Of a DNA stretch of 64,000 nucleotides, positions 36,468-45,806 are shown one piece after another. The translations under genes and the position numbers were made by a program. The stretch is from a virus. The notes below the pieces were generated by a model, which saw only the letters and a list, made by a program, of their open reading frames with translations, made no database searches and had not been told where the DNA came from. The DNA lies in the UHGV virus genome UHGV-0034108; one strand, written 5' to 3'. Position 1 is the stretch's first letter. Every line of letters starts with the position of its first letter.

Positions 36468-39400
36468 ATGAAACAGAAGGAGTTCATACTTATAAATAAG
36501 GGAATGCGCAGGGATTTGTCCGTGTCGAAGGCTGGAGAATCCTCGGCTTACGAGAATCGTAATGTGAGGATTACCGCAACCGATAAGGACACCCTGCTTT
36601 CAGTTACTAACGAGCGGGGAAACCGTAATGCGGGTGTTGTCTTTGAGGGTGTCCTTGTTGGTTATGGTGTGCTTAACGAGTTTGTAATTCTTTTTACAGA
36701 AGATAATGGTATAAGTCGGATATACCGTGCAGAACTCTATGATGATACCTTCCGTACAATTCTCATATTCTCAGGAAAACTTGGATTCAGTGTAGACTAC
36801 CCTATTGAAACTCTTGTTGACTATGAGACTGAGGATGTTCAAAAGATATACTGGCTTGATGGAAAACATGTGTTGAGGTTCTTGAATTTCTCGGATAGCA
36901 GTTTGAAAAAACACTTGGTATCTGGAGATTTGTATGATAATCCGGTATTTGATTTCGCAGAAGATATAACTTGGTTTGACAGTGACAGGCCATCTTCCAG
37001 TGCTCCATTTGTAACTATAACAAAAGACAGCGGTGGAAATTCTCGTGCAAACGGAGTGGCACAGTATTTTATGACATATTATAATAAGAATGGACAACAG
37101 ACTGGTATAATATGGTCATCTCCACTTATATATCTTTCACCGGATGGTAGAGGCGGCGCCGCAGATGGTTCGAACAGCAATAGAGTTACTATTAATGCTT
37201 CGGAGATTGACAATACATTTGATTATGCAAGACTTTACATGATTGTACGGACATCGCTTGATGGTCAGACAACAGGATATATTGTAGGTGAGTCTTCAGT
37301 TTCAGAAGGAAAGGCTGTATTTGTAGATGATGGTTCTCATCTTGAAACAGCAGATCCTGCCTCCTTTATCTTCCTTGGTGGAAGTGGTGTTATAGCCGGG
37401 ACGATGACACAGAAAGATGGCACACTATTCCTTGGAAATCTCACGTCAATAGGAAAAACCGGAACGCAAAAAATAGAGGACGCAATAAAAGATACTGCTT
37501 TTTATTTAGCTGGAGACAAGTTTAAGTTCGGAAAAGACTGGGAAAGCGCCATAGTATCCTTTGTGTACAGTTCATCAAAAGTCAATAACGATAAGAAATG
37601 TCATATTCCGTATGTCTTAGCGGATGGTTATTATCCGTATGAAAGCCAGCTAAAATACACTAATGCTCAAATAAGTACATTCAAGGGCGGTGAGAAATAT
37701 AGGTTTGCACTTAGGTTTATCAAGGGTAATGGAACGATGTCAAAACCATTTTGGATTGGAGACCGTGTAAATCCGTACTATCCTAAGATGAGAAGTGACG
37801 ATTATGTGTCACGTGCTATAGCCGAATGTATTGTTCCAGATGCTGTCATTCAGGCTGCATCAGCCGCAGGGTATGTCAGTGCGCAGCTTATGGTTGCACA
37901 GGCGACATATGCCGACAGGTCAGTCAAGGCACAGGGAATAGTCAGTCCGACGATGTTTAACCTCTTTCGTCGTACTTCCGGTTTGACTTATGCGCAGTCA
38001 TCATGGATGTATAGGATGCGTGGCGGAGATTGTCCGTCACGGCATCTTAGCACTCTTGCACGTTCAGACAGCCAGTATGCAGAGATGCAATGCGCCTGGT
38101 GGCCTGACAGTTCTAATGTTCCGTCTGCCTTGTATTGCACTGACTCTTCTGGGAAATTTGTTACAACCCCATACGGCTACACTGAATTTACAGCATTGAG
38201 GATTATCGTAATGATTGAAGCACGTAAGGCTGGTGGCAAGATGGCATGGGTACGTTTCTATGCAAAATATTATAGGAACGTTGATGATGTCGAGGCAGCT
38301 AAAACGTATGAATATATGCTTACACCTGGTGCGTGGTGGGGATGGCGTCAGTTGAAGGATAAGATAGTTGCTAACTGGCTTTCTGCATACGAGTCTGCGG
38401 ACGTCCCAGCTGAATACAGAGTTACTGCCGGTTTTATGTACTCGAAACTTGATGAGGCCATGGGTAAGGCAACGAACTTTAAGCCGTATACTCTTACATA
38501 TGCCAACCCAAGCGAGGATGGTAAGATACTTCTTGACTTTACAACACGCGATGCTTCTAAATTGTATGCAAAACTTAACCGTGAGTATTACTTTGTTGAT
38601 GAGAATATTGTCACATTAAACTCTCCGGAAATTTCTTACGAAGCAGTATCTCTTGACAGGAACAGTGGTCTCAAGTTCCGTATAGTTGGAGTGGCAAGGA
38701 TGACTGCAAACATCAGTGACTTTTCTGTAAATGTAACAGATGGTGAGTATCCTTCTGGACCTAAGATGCCGTGCCTATTGTCTAATGTAAATGTAACAGA
38801 CAAATGTAATGGTTTGAGTGCACGGCCTCTGATAGCAGAATATGGATACAGAAAAGTGGACGAGAATCAGTATGAGCAAGTTCATGCACCATATGCGTAC
38901 ATGGCATATATGTGGCAGAAGACAGGTAGTGTACCTGCCTTTGGCACAGACAATACGCAATGGTCAAAACTGTCGAATAAGCTTGTTGCTAACTTGCGTT
39001 ACTCACATTGGACTATATACAACGACTATAAGAATGGCAGCTGGGATGTCAGCCCTTCTGATGTACGTCAACTGACAGGTTTAGGTGCTAAGCTTTATGA
39101 AATGAAGCTCGGTTCAAATACTGTAACGTATTCTGCGGATATAGATGAGCTTGTGACAATGCCGGATAATACAGATTATCCTATCTTCTTTTCATTGCAG
39201 GAGGCTGCCAAAGGACAGCAGTTTCAGATTAGCAGTGCAAAGAATGTCAACGATCCTGTACATCTCACATACAAGTCAGATGCTCATGCTGTAATAAGTC
39301 TTCCAGACGATGATGGAAAGGCGACAATACTTCCTTATATGCGCGAGACTGAGCGCTTTAGTTTAGATGACGTAGTAGGTGATGGTCCCTATGCTCCGTG

Positions 39401-41249
39401 GATTGGGGAATCGTCGCTTAGCGGAAGAACTCTTATATACCGTGAAGTTGACTCAAACGAAGAACATGTGAGTAACTTGTCATACGGTTCTTATGGTCCG
39501 TTTAAAAAACTATCTGAAACCACATCATCAGGTATTGTCATCATGAGAGCTTCTCTTGCTGATATGGGAAGTTCTGCCGTATCTGATTTCAATAGGATGA
39601 TTTCATATGTTGAAAAGTCCTATTCTGGCAGAAGCGTTTATGCTTTCTTGAAAGATACAGAGGGTTCTATCCTTCTTGTTGATATATCAGGCACAAAGAC
39701 TGCCGCTGTGAACGTAACATTAAATAGAAATCCTGTTCTTAACCTGCTTTTGATTAAGTTCGTGTCCGCAATGGCAATGTCATCTATACGTTTAGTCTTT
39801 TATGATGAATCAGGGCAGAAAACACATGACGTCACTGAGACAGTCATAGGAACAGGTATGGACTACACGTTTAAGGAGAAGCCGTCAAAGTTAGGAAACT
39901 TCTCTAAGGTTGGATTTGTAGTATCATTTGCAGCTACTTATACATCTACAGATGGAAGCACTTCGCATGTTGTTCCAAATCTTGATAAGACTGGTAATGA
40001 TGACAGGTTAATGGCTGGCAACAATGCATTTTCAATAACAAATTATGCTGAATACATAGTTGTAGATGGACTTTACATAAATCCAGAAACTAATACAAAG
40101 GAGATTAAGTTTGCAGATGTCAGCTCATCTCCAGTACGATTCTATACCCTTGATGAAAAGCACAAGATGACATATTCCGGACGATATTCTCCGAAATACA
40201 AATCACCACTACAGTCTAAGTTCTCGCTTTCAGATAAGAAACTGCTTACAAACGACTGCCCATATCTATATATAGGAGAGCTTTATCACGATTTCGATTC
40301 TGAGGTTGAGAATAAGCCAGAGCTTGATACACGCTATGGTGGCATATCAGAAAGTGCTGTTGAGGGGAATACTTTCATTGAGGCGGGTTCAAGAACTCTT
40401 CTTACAGAGAGTGAAGACAGAGACTCGTATGCAGAGACAGAGCTTGACTGTTCAGCACTTTATGATTATATATATAATGAAAGTAACTTGCAGTCCTCAG
40501 ATTTCAAATTACCCATTGAGTTGTCAGGCAATACAGGCATTGCAGAAACGATAGCACTTCGTACACTTAATGCAATAAGTATTTCAGATATATTGCCAAC
40601 ATCAACCAATAAGTGTTCCGGCTTGTCAATCAAGCAGGATGAAGACGGAACTTGGAAGAGCGTGATTGACGGTATGCCCGCCGCTCGTGTGGAGCTTTTA
40701 GCAGAAGACCCGACATATACTGTCGCAATATTGAGAAATGGTTATGCAAGACGTGGGAAGTGGGAGAAGTACATCAATAAATATGGGGTACTTCAGTCAA
40801 CTCATACTGAAAGAGACAGCCGTTATAAGAAGATGCGTTGCGGATATGCAAATGGACTTCCTACAAGACGTATGAGAATCATTGGGTATGACCTTATGAT
40901 ATGTTCCGACATAGATACTCTGAAGGGGAAGTCCTGCACCTGGGGTGTTGGCGATACGAGAATTAATTACAACACTGCAACACTCGTGTCTCCGTTGGGT
41001 ACTGCCCTTGTTTTGCCTCAGCCGAAGAAATATAATGTAACACGCGATGGTCGTTTTTCAAGCCGGTCAAGTAAGGATCTTGTAGAACTTTTCATAGGCC
41101 TGTATCATTTTGAAGGTGGGCAATGGAAACTTGCAAGCAATATAGTACAGGTTAGGGGTAGAGTTTCCGACAATACAAAGATATGGGAATTTGATAAGGG
41201 AAATATAGTACAGACTGCAATACAAAAAGAAAAGACTTCTACTGTTTAG
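36468..41249 (+). CDS. Giant virion/tail protein (1593 aa), comparable in size and position to crAss-like tail muzzle/fibre proteins
   Basis: Uninterrupted 4.8-kb ORF in the tail gene block. Composition is Ser/Thr/Gly/Asn-rich, beta-rich-looking. Confidence 0.8.
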   Translation: MKQKEFILINKGMRRDLSVSKAGESSAYENRNVRITATDKDTLLSVTNERGNRNAGVVFEGVLVGYGVLNEFVILFTEDNGISRIYRAELYDDTFRTILIFSGKLGFSVDYPIETLVDYETEDVQKIYWLDGKHVLRFLNFSDSSLKKHLVSGDLYDNPVFDFAEDITWFDSDRPSSSAPFVTITKDSGGNSRANGVAQYFMTYYNKNGQQTGIIWSSPLIYLSPDGRGGAADGSNSNRVTINASEIDNTFDYARLYMIVRTSLDGQTTGYIVGESSVSEGKAVFVDDGSHLETADPASFIFLGGSGVIAGTMTQKDGTLFLGNLTSIGKTGTQKIEDAIKDTAFYLAGDKFKFGKDWESAIVSFVYSSSKVNNDKKCHIPYVLADGYYPYESQLKYTNAQISTFKGGEKYRFALRFIKGNGTMSKPFWIGDRVNPYYPKMRSDDYVSRAIAECIVPDAVIQAASAAGYVSAQLMVAQATYADRSVKAQGIVSPTMFNLFRRTSGLTYAQSSWMYRMRGGDCPSRHLSTLARSDSQYAEMQCAWWPDSSNVPSALYCTDSSGKFVTTPYGYTEFTALRIIVMIEARKAGGKMAWVRFYAKYYRNVDDVEAAKTYEYMLTPGAWWGWRQLKDKIVANWLSAYESADVPAEYRVTAGFMYSKLDEAMGKATNFKPYTLTYANPSEDGKILLDFTTRDASKLYAKLNREYYFVDENIVTLNSPEISYEAVSLDRNSGLKFRIVGVARMTANISDFSVNVTDGEYPSGPKMPCLLSNVNVTDKCNGLSARPLIAEYGYRKVDENQYEQVHAPYAYMAYMWQKTGSVPAFGTDNTQWSKLSNKLVANLRYSHWTIYNDYKNGSWDVSPSDVRQLTGLGAKLYEMKLGSNTVTYSADIDELVTMPDNTDYPIFFSLQEAAKGQQFQISSAKNVNDPVHLTYKSDAHAVISLPDDDGKATILPYMRETERFSLDDVVGDGPYAPWIGESSLSGRTLIYREVDSNEEHVSNLSYGSYGPFKKLSETTSSGIVIMRASLADMGSSAVSDFNRMISYVEKSYSGRSVYAFLKDTEGSILLVDISGTKTAAVNVTLNRNPVLNLLLIKFVSAMAMSSIRLVFYDESGQKTHDVTETVIGTGMDYTFKEKPSKLGNFSKVGFVVSFAATYTSTDGSTSHVVPNLDKTGNDDRLMAGNNAFSITNYAEYIVVDGLYINPETNTKEIKFADVSSSPVRFYTLDEKHKMTYSGRYSPKYKSPLQSKFSLSDKKLLTNDCPYLYIGELYHDFDSEVENKPELDTRYGGISESAVEGNTFIEAGSRTLLTESEDRDSYAETELDCSALYDYIYNESNLQSSDFKLPIELSGNTGIAETIALRTLNAISISDILPTSTNKCSGLSIKQDEDGTWKSVIDGMPAARVELLAEDPTYTVAILRNGYARRGKWEKYINKYGVLQSTHTERDSRYKKMRCGYANGLPTRRMRIIGYDLMICSDIDTLKGKSCTWGVGDTRINYNTATLVSPLGTALVLPQPKKYNVTRDGRFSSRSSKDLVELFIGLYHFEGGQWKLASNIVQVRGRVSDNTKIWEFDKGNIVQTAIQKEKTSTV

Positions 41250-41349
41250 AAATCGACGCTTGCCACATCTTTAAGACGTGCACAGCTCCATGCTAAAATC
41301 AGACAGAAGTCAGTAATGCAAAGGTAATGATAATTTTTATAATGACAAT

Positions 41350-42969
41350 ATGACGCAGAAAGAATTAGTCGAACTGATAGTTGCTGACGTGAACTCACAA
41401 TCGAGTCTCGTCACTGCATCCGTGTCTCGTTCTGGGAAGCTTGTCCTAACTGCAAAGAAATCAGGACCGTATACAGGACTAAAGTCGGCTTGTGTTCTTG
41501 ATGGTGACAGAAGCCTGTCTTCTGGTAATTTCTCAAGTGGAGAGACGGAAAAGAAACTTGTACTTGTCGGAAATCAGGGTGATACTTATTTTCAGAGATG
41601 GGATGGAGTGAAGACGCTTGCTGCCGGTTCTGAGGATGAGAATCAGGTCGTTGATGTGGCATCAGTAATGCTTGAGACCCACATCAATATTGACGGTCGT
41701 ACAGATTTGGATAGAGGCTCGACTAAGCTTGCAAGCATAAACTGGAGTTCATTTGGAAAACTTAACTATGTGTATTCGCAATCGAATAGCTTTTTCTCTG
41801 GAATAGACTTCGATGAATCTTTGAACCTTGATTCTTATCCATCATCCATAGCATGGTCATTGACAAAGAATGCAGGTGCGGAGATTGACGAATGGACTCA
41901 TATTATTCTATCATCAACTCTTGCTCTTGATGGTGACAAGGGAGATGTGACTGCTTTAAGGAGATTTCAGAATAGTATATTAGCTTTCCAGCCGAAGGGG
42001 ATATCCGAGATTCTGTTCAACTCCAGGACACAACTCAGTACACAAGATGGTGTTCCGGTTGAGATAGGAAATTCAGGAAAGGTTGACGGTAAGAGGTATG
42101 TTACCGGGAAGTATGGTGTTACTAACAAGTGGTCCATTGCCGAAGGAAAATCGGCATTGTACTTTGTTGACAATATAAACAAGGCGTTCTGTTCGTTAAA
42201 TGGGGGTGGAGTAGACAATCTGTCTGAGAAACTCGGATTCGGCGCATGGTTTAGAAGTCTAAACAAAACAGAAGCTTGGACTCCTAAAAACTTTGGTAAT
42301 GTCCTTTCATTCTATGATAGGATCAATTCTGATATTTACCTTGTGCGCTCAGATCTTGATGGCGATGCTCCGTGTCTTGTGTACAGCGAAACTCTTGGTG
42401 CGTTTTCAAGTTTCTATGACTATGGTTCGATTCCTATGATGACTAATGTAGGCGATAGGTTCATTTCTTTCGCAAAACATGGTTTGTGGTTTCAGAATGA
42501 AGGCTTGTATTGTAATTTCTTCGGTAATCAGTATCCATGGTGGGTTACGTATCGTGTAACTCCTGATCCTTATGGGGATAAGATATGGACTAACATTGAT
42601 TATCGTGCAGATGCTTACATGGTTCTTGATAAAGACGGTAGTTCCGTTGTAGGAGAAGGTCATCTCCTCGATGGTGGTGACTTTGCAGAGGAGCCTGGGA
42701 TATATATGCCTGATGAGACGTTTGATCAGATAAAGGTATGGAATGAATATCAGCAGACATCGAACATAGCGACATCATCAATAAAGAAATTCCGTACATG
42801 GAGACTCGCTATACCAAGGGCGATTGTAACTGATACAAATAAGTACGGTCTTGATAGAATAAGGAATCCTTGGGTTAATCTGAGACTTCTTAGAACTTAT
42901 GGGGGGGATGCGGAGGAAAACCGAGACCTTATGCAACTTCACGATGTCACTGTTAAATACTTTGAATGA
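41350..42969 (+). CDS. Tail/virion structural protein (539 aa)
   Basis: Co-oriented ORF in the tail block. Confidence 0.7.
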   Translation: MTQKELVELIVADVNSQSSLVTASVSRSGKLVLTAKKSGPYTGLKSACVLDGDRSLSSGNFSSGETEKKLVLVGNQGDTYFQRWDGVKTLAAGSEDENQVVDVASVMLETHINIDGRTDLDRGSTKLASINWSSFGKLNYVYSQSNSFFSGIDFDESLNLDSYPSSIAWSLTKNAGAEIDEWTHIILSSTLALDGDKGDVTALRRFQNSILAFQPKGISEILFNSRTQLSTQDGVPVEIGNSGKVDGKRYVTGKYGVTNKWSIAEGKSALYFVDNINKAFCSLNGGGVDNLSEKLGFGAWFRSLNKTEAWTPKNFGNVLSFYDRINSDIYLVRSDLDGDAPCLVYSETLGAFSSFYDYGSIPMMTNVGDRFISFAKHGLWFQNEGLYCNFFGNQYPWWVTYRVTPDPYGDKIWTNIDYRADAYMVLDKDGSSVVGEGHLLDGGDFAEEPGIYMPDETFDQIKVWNEYQQTSNIATSSIKKFRTWRLAIPRAIVTDTNKYGLDRIRNPWVNLRLLRTYGGDAEENRDLMQLHDVTVKYFE

Positions 42970-42970
42970 T

Positions 42971-43810
42971 ATGCCAACTAATGATGAAATATATGGAGCG
43001 ATAAAGCAAGCTCAGACTTACGGAGGGAACAGTTTCTTTTCGCAGATGCGTAATGCAGGAGCTGGACTTAAAGCTCTGAACGGTATGAAAGATAGCCTTA
43101 CTGATGAGCAGATGGCTAAGTATGGTTCAGGTCTGAAAGCTAAGATGGCACAGGGTGCAGTCGGTGCTGCCGGTTCTGTGCTTGGTGGACTGTCATCAAT
43201 TGTAGGAATCTCAAAAGACATGGCAAGTCTTGGGGATACATCTGCCAAGGAGAATATGATTGACAGCATGAACTCCATGGGACGAAATGATTACGGCTCG
43301 TTTGACCAGATAACATCTGATTATGGTGGTCTTCAAAATATGCAGCCAGATCTCGATTATGATACTATACGAGGTGGTAGCACAGGTGAGAGGATAGGAG
43401 GTACAATATCGTCGACACTTGCCGGAGCAGCAGCAGGAGCACAGGTTGGAGGCGTTTGGGGAGCAGTCGGTGGAGCTGTACTTGGACTGGGTGCTGGTAT
43501 AGGAAGTTGGTTGACAGGAAATGCAAAGGCGAAGACTAAGCAGTCAATACTGCAATCGCAAACTAACACTGCACGCGAGATTGCAGACACAAGATTGGCC
43601 ACAGCAGTTGACTCTCTTGTGGAAAAGAATTATATGAATGACTATGCTAATAGGGCAGCTGCTGGTGGAAGGATAGAACGTAAAGCTACAAGTATGCGGG
43701 CATTTGCTGATGCTATTATGAATAGGCAAAGGGTTAGTGACAGAACACACTCAGCCGGGATAGTCAGACGACACGGTGAAGGAGGAACGATAATAAGAAT
43801 AAAACGATAA
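42971..43810 (+). CDS. Gly/Ala-rich protein (about 279 aa) with glycine-zipper-like hydrophobic segments; putative membrane-active ejection protein
   Basis: GAVGAAGSVLGGLSSIVGIS and AGAAAGAQVGGVWGAVGGAVLGLGAGIGSWL. Start taken at ATG 42971, just after the previous stop. Confidence 0.6.
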   Translation: MPTNDEIYGAIKQAQTYGGNSFFSQMRNAGAGLKALNGMKDSLTDEQMAKYGSGLKAKMAQGAVGAAGSVLGGLSSIVGISKDMASLGDTSAKENMIDSMNSMGRNDYGSFDQITSDYGGLQNMQPDLDYDTIRGGSTGERIGGTISSTLAGAAAGAQVGGVWGAVGGAVLGLGAGIGSWLTGNAKAKTKQSILQSQTNTAREIADTRLATAVDSLVEKNYMNDYANRAAAGGRIERKATSMRAFADAIMNRQRVSDRTHSAGIVRRHGEGGTIIRIKR

Positions 43811-43815
43811 CAGAT

Positions 43816-45801
43816 ATGGGAAAGTTTGATACACACGGAGGGTATTTCTCTCCACAAGGTTATCTGAGAGTAAATGAAGGGGGATCTCATGATGAGAATC
43901 CGAATGGCGGTGTTCAGCTTGGCGTTGACAACCAAGGAATACCGAACATGCTTGAGGAGAACGAGCCGGTATATGATGATTTTGTTTATTCAGACAACAT
44001 CAGAGCTGATGCAGAAATGTTAAGGAAACACCATATTCCGGAAAAATTTTCCGGAAAGTTATTTTCGGAGATTGCAGACAGTTTTGTTGATGAAGCAGCT
44101 GAAAGACCAAATGATCCTGTGTCTAACAATGGACTCAACGCGATGCTTGTTCGTCTTGCCGATGCACAGGAAGAACAGAAACAGCTTCAACAGCAGAAGG
44201 AACTTGAGGAAGAGCTGTCAAAGCTGTCTCCGGAAGAACTTGATGCCTTGGAAAAAATGCTTGCACAGCAAGGGGCAGAGCAGGAGCAACATGTGTCTCC
44301 GGAAGAAGCTGCTATGATGCAGGAGCAGCAGGATGTTCAGCAACAACAGATGGCGCAACAACAGCAGATGCCCATTATGGCTAATGGCGGTTTCATACGC
44401 AGATTTGGTGACGGAACACCGGGTACAGTTGTTTCGGAAGATGGATTACTTCCTGAAGGAACGACTATGCCTTTTAATGTCAATCCGGAAACAGGTACTG
44501 TAAGTGGTGGTACTCTAATGCGTGTAAATCCGGAAACAGGAGAACTTGTTGATGACATCGAGCCGGCTCATGTGGTTGCTTTTCCCGGTAAGTCGCAGGC
44601 TTGGGTGGATGCGGAGGTCGGTCCGAGGAGTATAAAGAAGAAGGTTGCGGAGGGTACAGGACAATTTGTCCGTGATGCCTATGATGTGTTCAATGAGGTG
44701 AAGACTCCATTCTATTTCGTTCCCGGGATAGGTACTGCTCTGTCGGTGGCTGATGGTATTCATGGAGCGGCTACTGGTGATCCAGTTGAGGTAGGTCTTG
44801 CCTTGGCTCGGTTTGCTCCTAAAGGCAGCAAGGGTCTGGCCTCCGCAGTCAGAAATGCAGAAGCGGCAGGTGAAGGCACACAGGCTGTAACTGATGCTGC
44901 AAAAAAGAAAATGAAGCCTTGGGTTAAGAAGATGCTGATAGGGCTTGGTGTCCATACCGGATTGAGTGCTGCGGCTGCTGGTGGCTGGAAGGCCTATGAC
45001 ATCTGGGGTAATGCTCCGTCTAATGAGGTAAAACCGGAGTATCAGATAGATAGCGCTCTCAATGATTATGCACAAGGAGGAGTAGTAAATAAATTTGATG
45101 GTGGCGGATTTACTACATTACCAAGATATGCAGGTATGCTTATGAATGGTGCGATGGGACTATATAATGCTTTTCAGAAACCTGACAATTATTCAGTTCC
45201 AACATACAAACCGGTTTTACCTTCTGGGAGGTTGAATCTTACCAATCCTGTATATAATCCGGTAGATGAGGAGCGTACACTCAATGCAGTGCTTGCACAG
45301 AATGTCGGTGATCGGAGAGCTGTGATGAATGCAGGCCTTGGACCTTCTGCAACCGCTACGCTTCTTGCAACTGGATATAATGCTGGAAAAAATATTGGCA
45401 CAGCAAGGCTTGAGACTTCGGCTGCAAACAATGATAGGAGAAACGCCATTATTGCACAGAGAAATACAAATGCCGCTAATCAGGCACAGTTCCAATCCCA
45501 ACTTGCTGCGCAGAGAGCACAAGTGATGAATCAAGCACAGTTGCAGAACATGCAGAATATGTTAATGATGCAGAGACTGAATAATGCTGCTGAGGGGGAA
45601 AAATATACTGCACTGTCTGGAAACATAGCTGCCATGTCAAAAGACCTTGCTGGAATAGGAAAAGAAAATTTCGCAATGAAAAGTATTTCAGATAATCCGT
45701 ATTTCAGTTATTCGGTAAATCCTGATGGCTCAATTACATTCACACCGAAGCAGCAAAATACCACACGCTGTGGCGGATTTATTAAACGATATAAGAAGTA
45801 A
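43816..45801 (+). CDS. Virion protein (661 aa) with Gln/Glu-rich low-complexity region and two FDGGG-type motifs
   Basis: ANGGFIRRFGDGTPG and QGGVVNKFDGGGFTT. Motif shared with protein 18595..20157. Confidence 0.7.
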   Translation: MGKFDTHGGYFSPQGYLRVNEGGSHDENPNGGVQLGVDNQGIPNMLEENEPVYDDFVYSDNIRADAEMLRKHHIPEKFSGKLFSEIADSFVDEAAERPNDPVSNNGLNAMLVRLADAQEEQKQLQQQKELEEELSKLSPEELDALEKMLAQQGAEQEQHVSPEEAAMMQEQQDVQQQQMAQQQQMPIMANGGFIRRFGDGTPGTVVSEDGLLPEGTTMPFNVNPETGTVSGGTLMRVNPETGELVDDIEPAHVVAFPGKSQAWVDAEVGPRSIKKKVAEGTGQFVRDAYDVFNEVKTPFYFVPGIGTALSVADGIHGAATGDPVEVGLALARFAPKGSKGLASAVRNAEAAGEGTQAVTDAAKKKMKPWVKKMLIGLGVHTGLSAAAAGGWKAYDIWGNAPSNEVKPEYQIDSALNDYAQGGVVNKFDGGGFTTLPRYAGMLMNGAMGLYNAFQKPDNYSVPTYKPVLPSGRLNLTNPVYNPVDEERTLNAVLAQNVGDRRAVMNAGLGPSATATLLATGYNAGKNIGTARLETSAANNDRRNAIIAQRNTNAANQAQFQSQLAAQRAQVMNQAQLQNMQNMLMMQRLNNAAEGEKYTALSGNIAAMSKDLAGIGKENFAMKSISDNPYFSYSVNPDGSITFTPKQQNTTRCGGFIKRYKK

Positions 45802-45806
45802 ACGAT

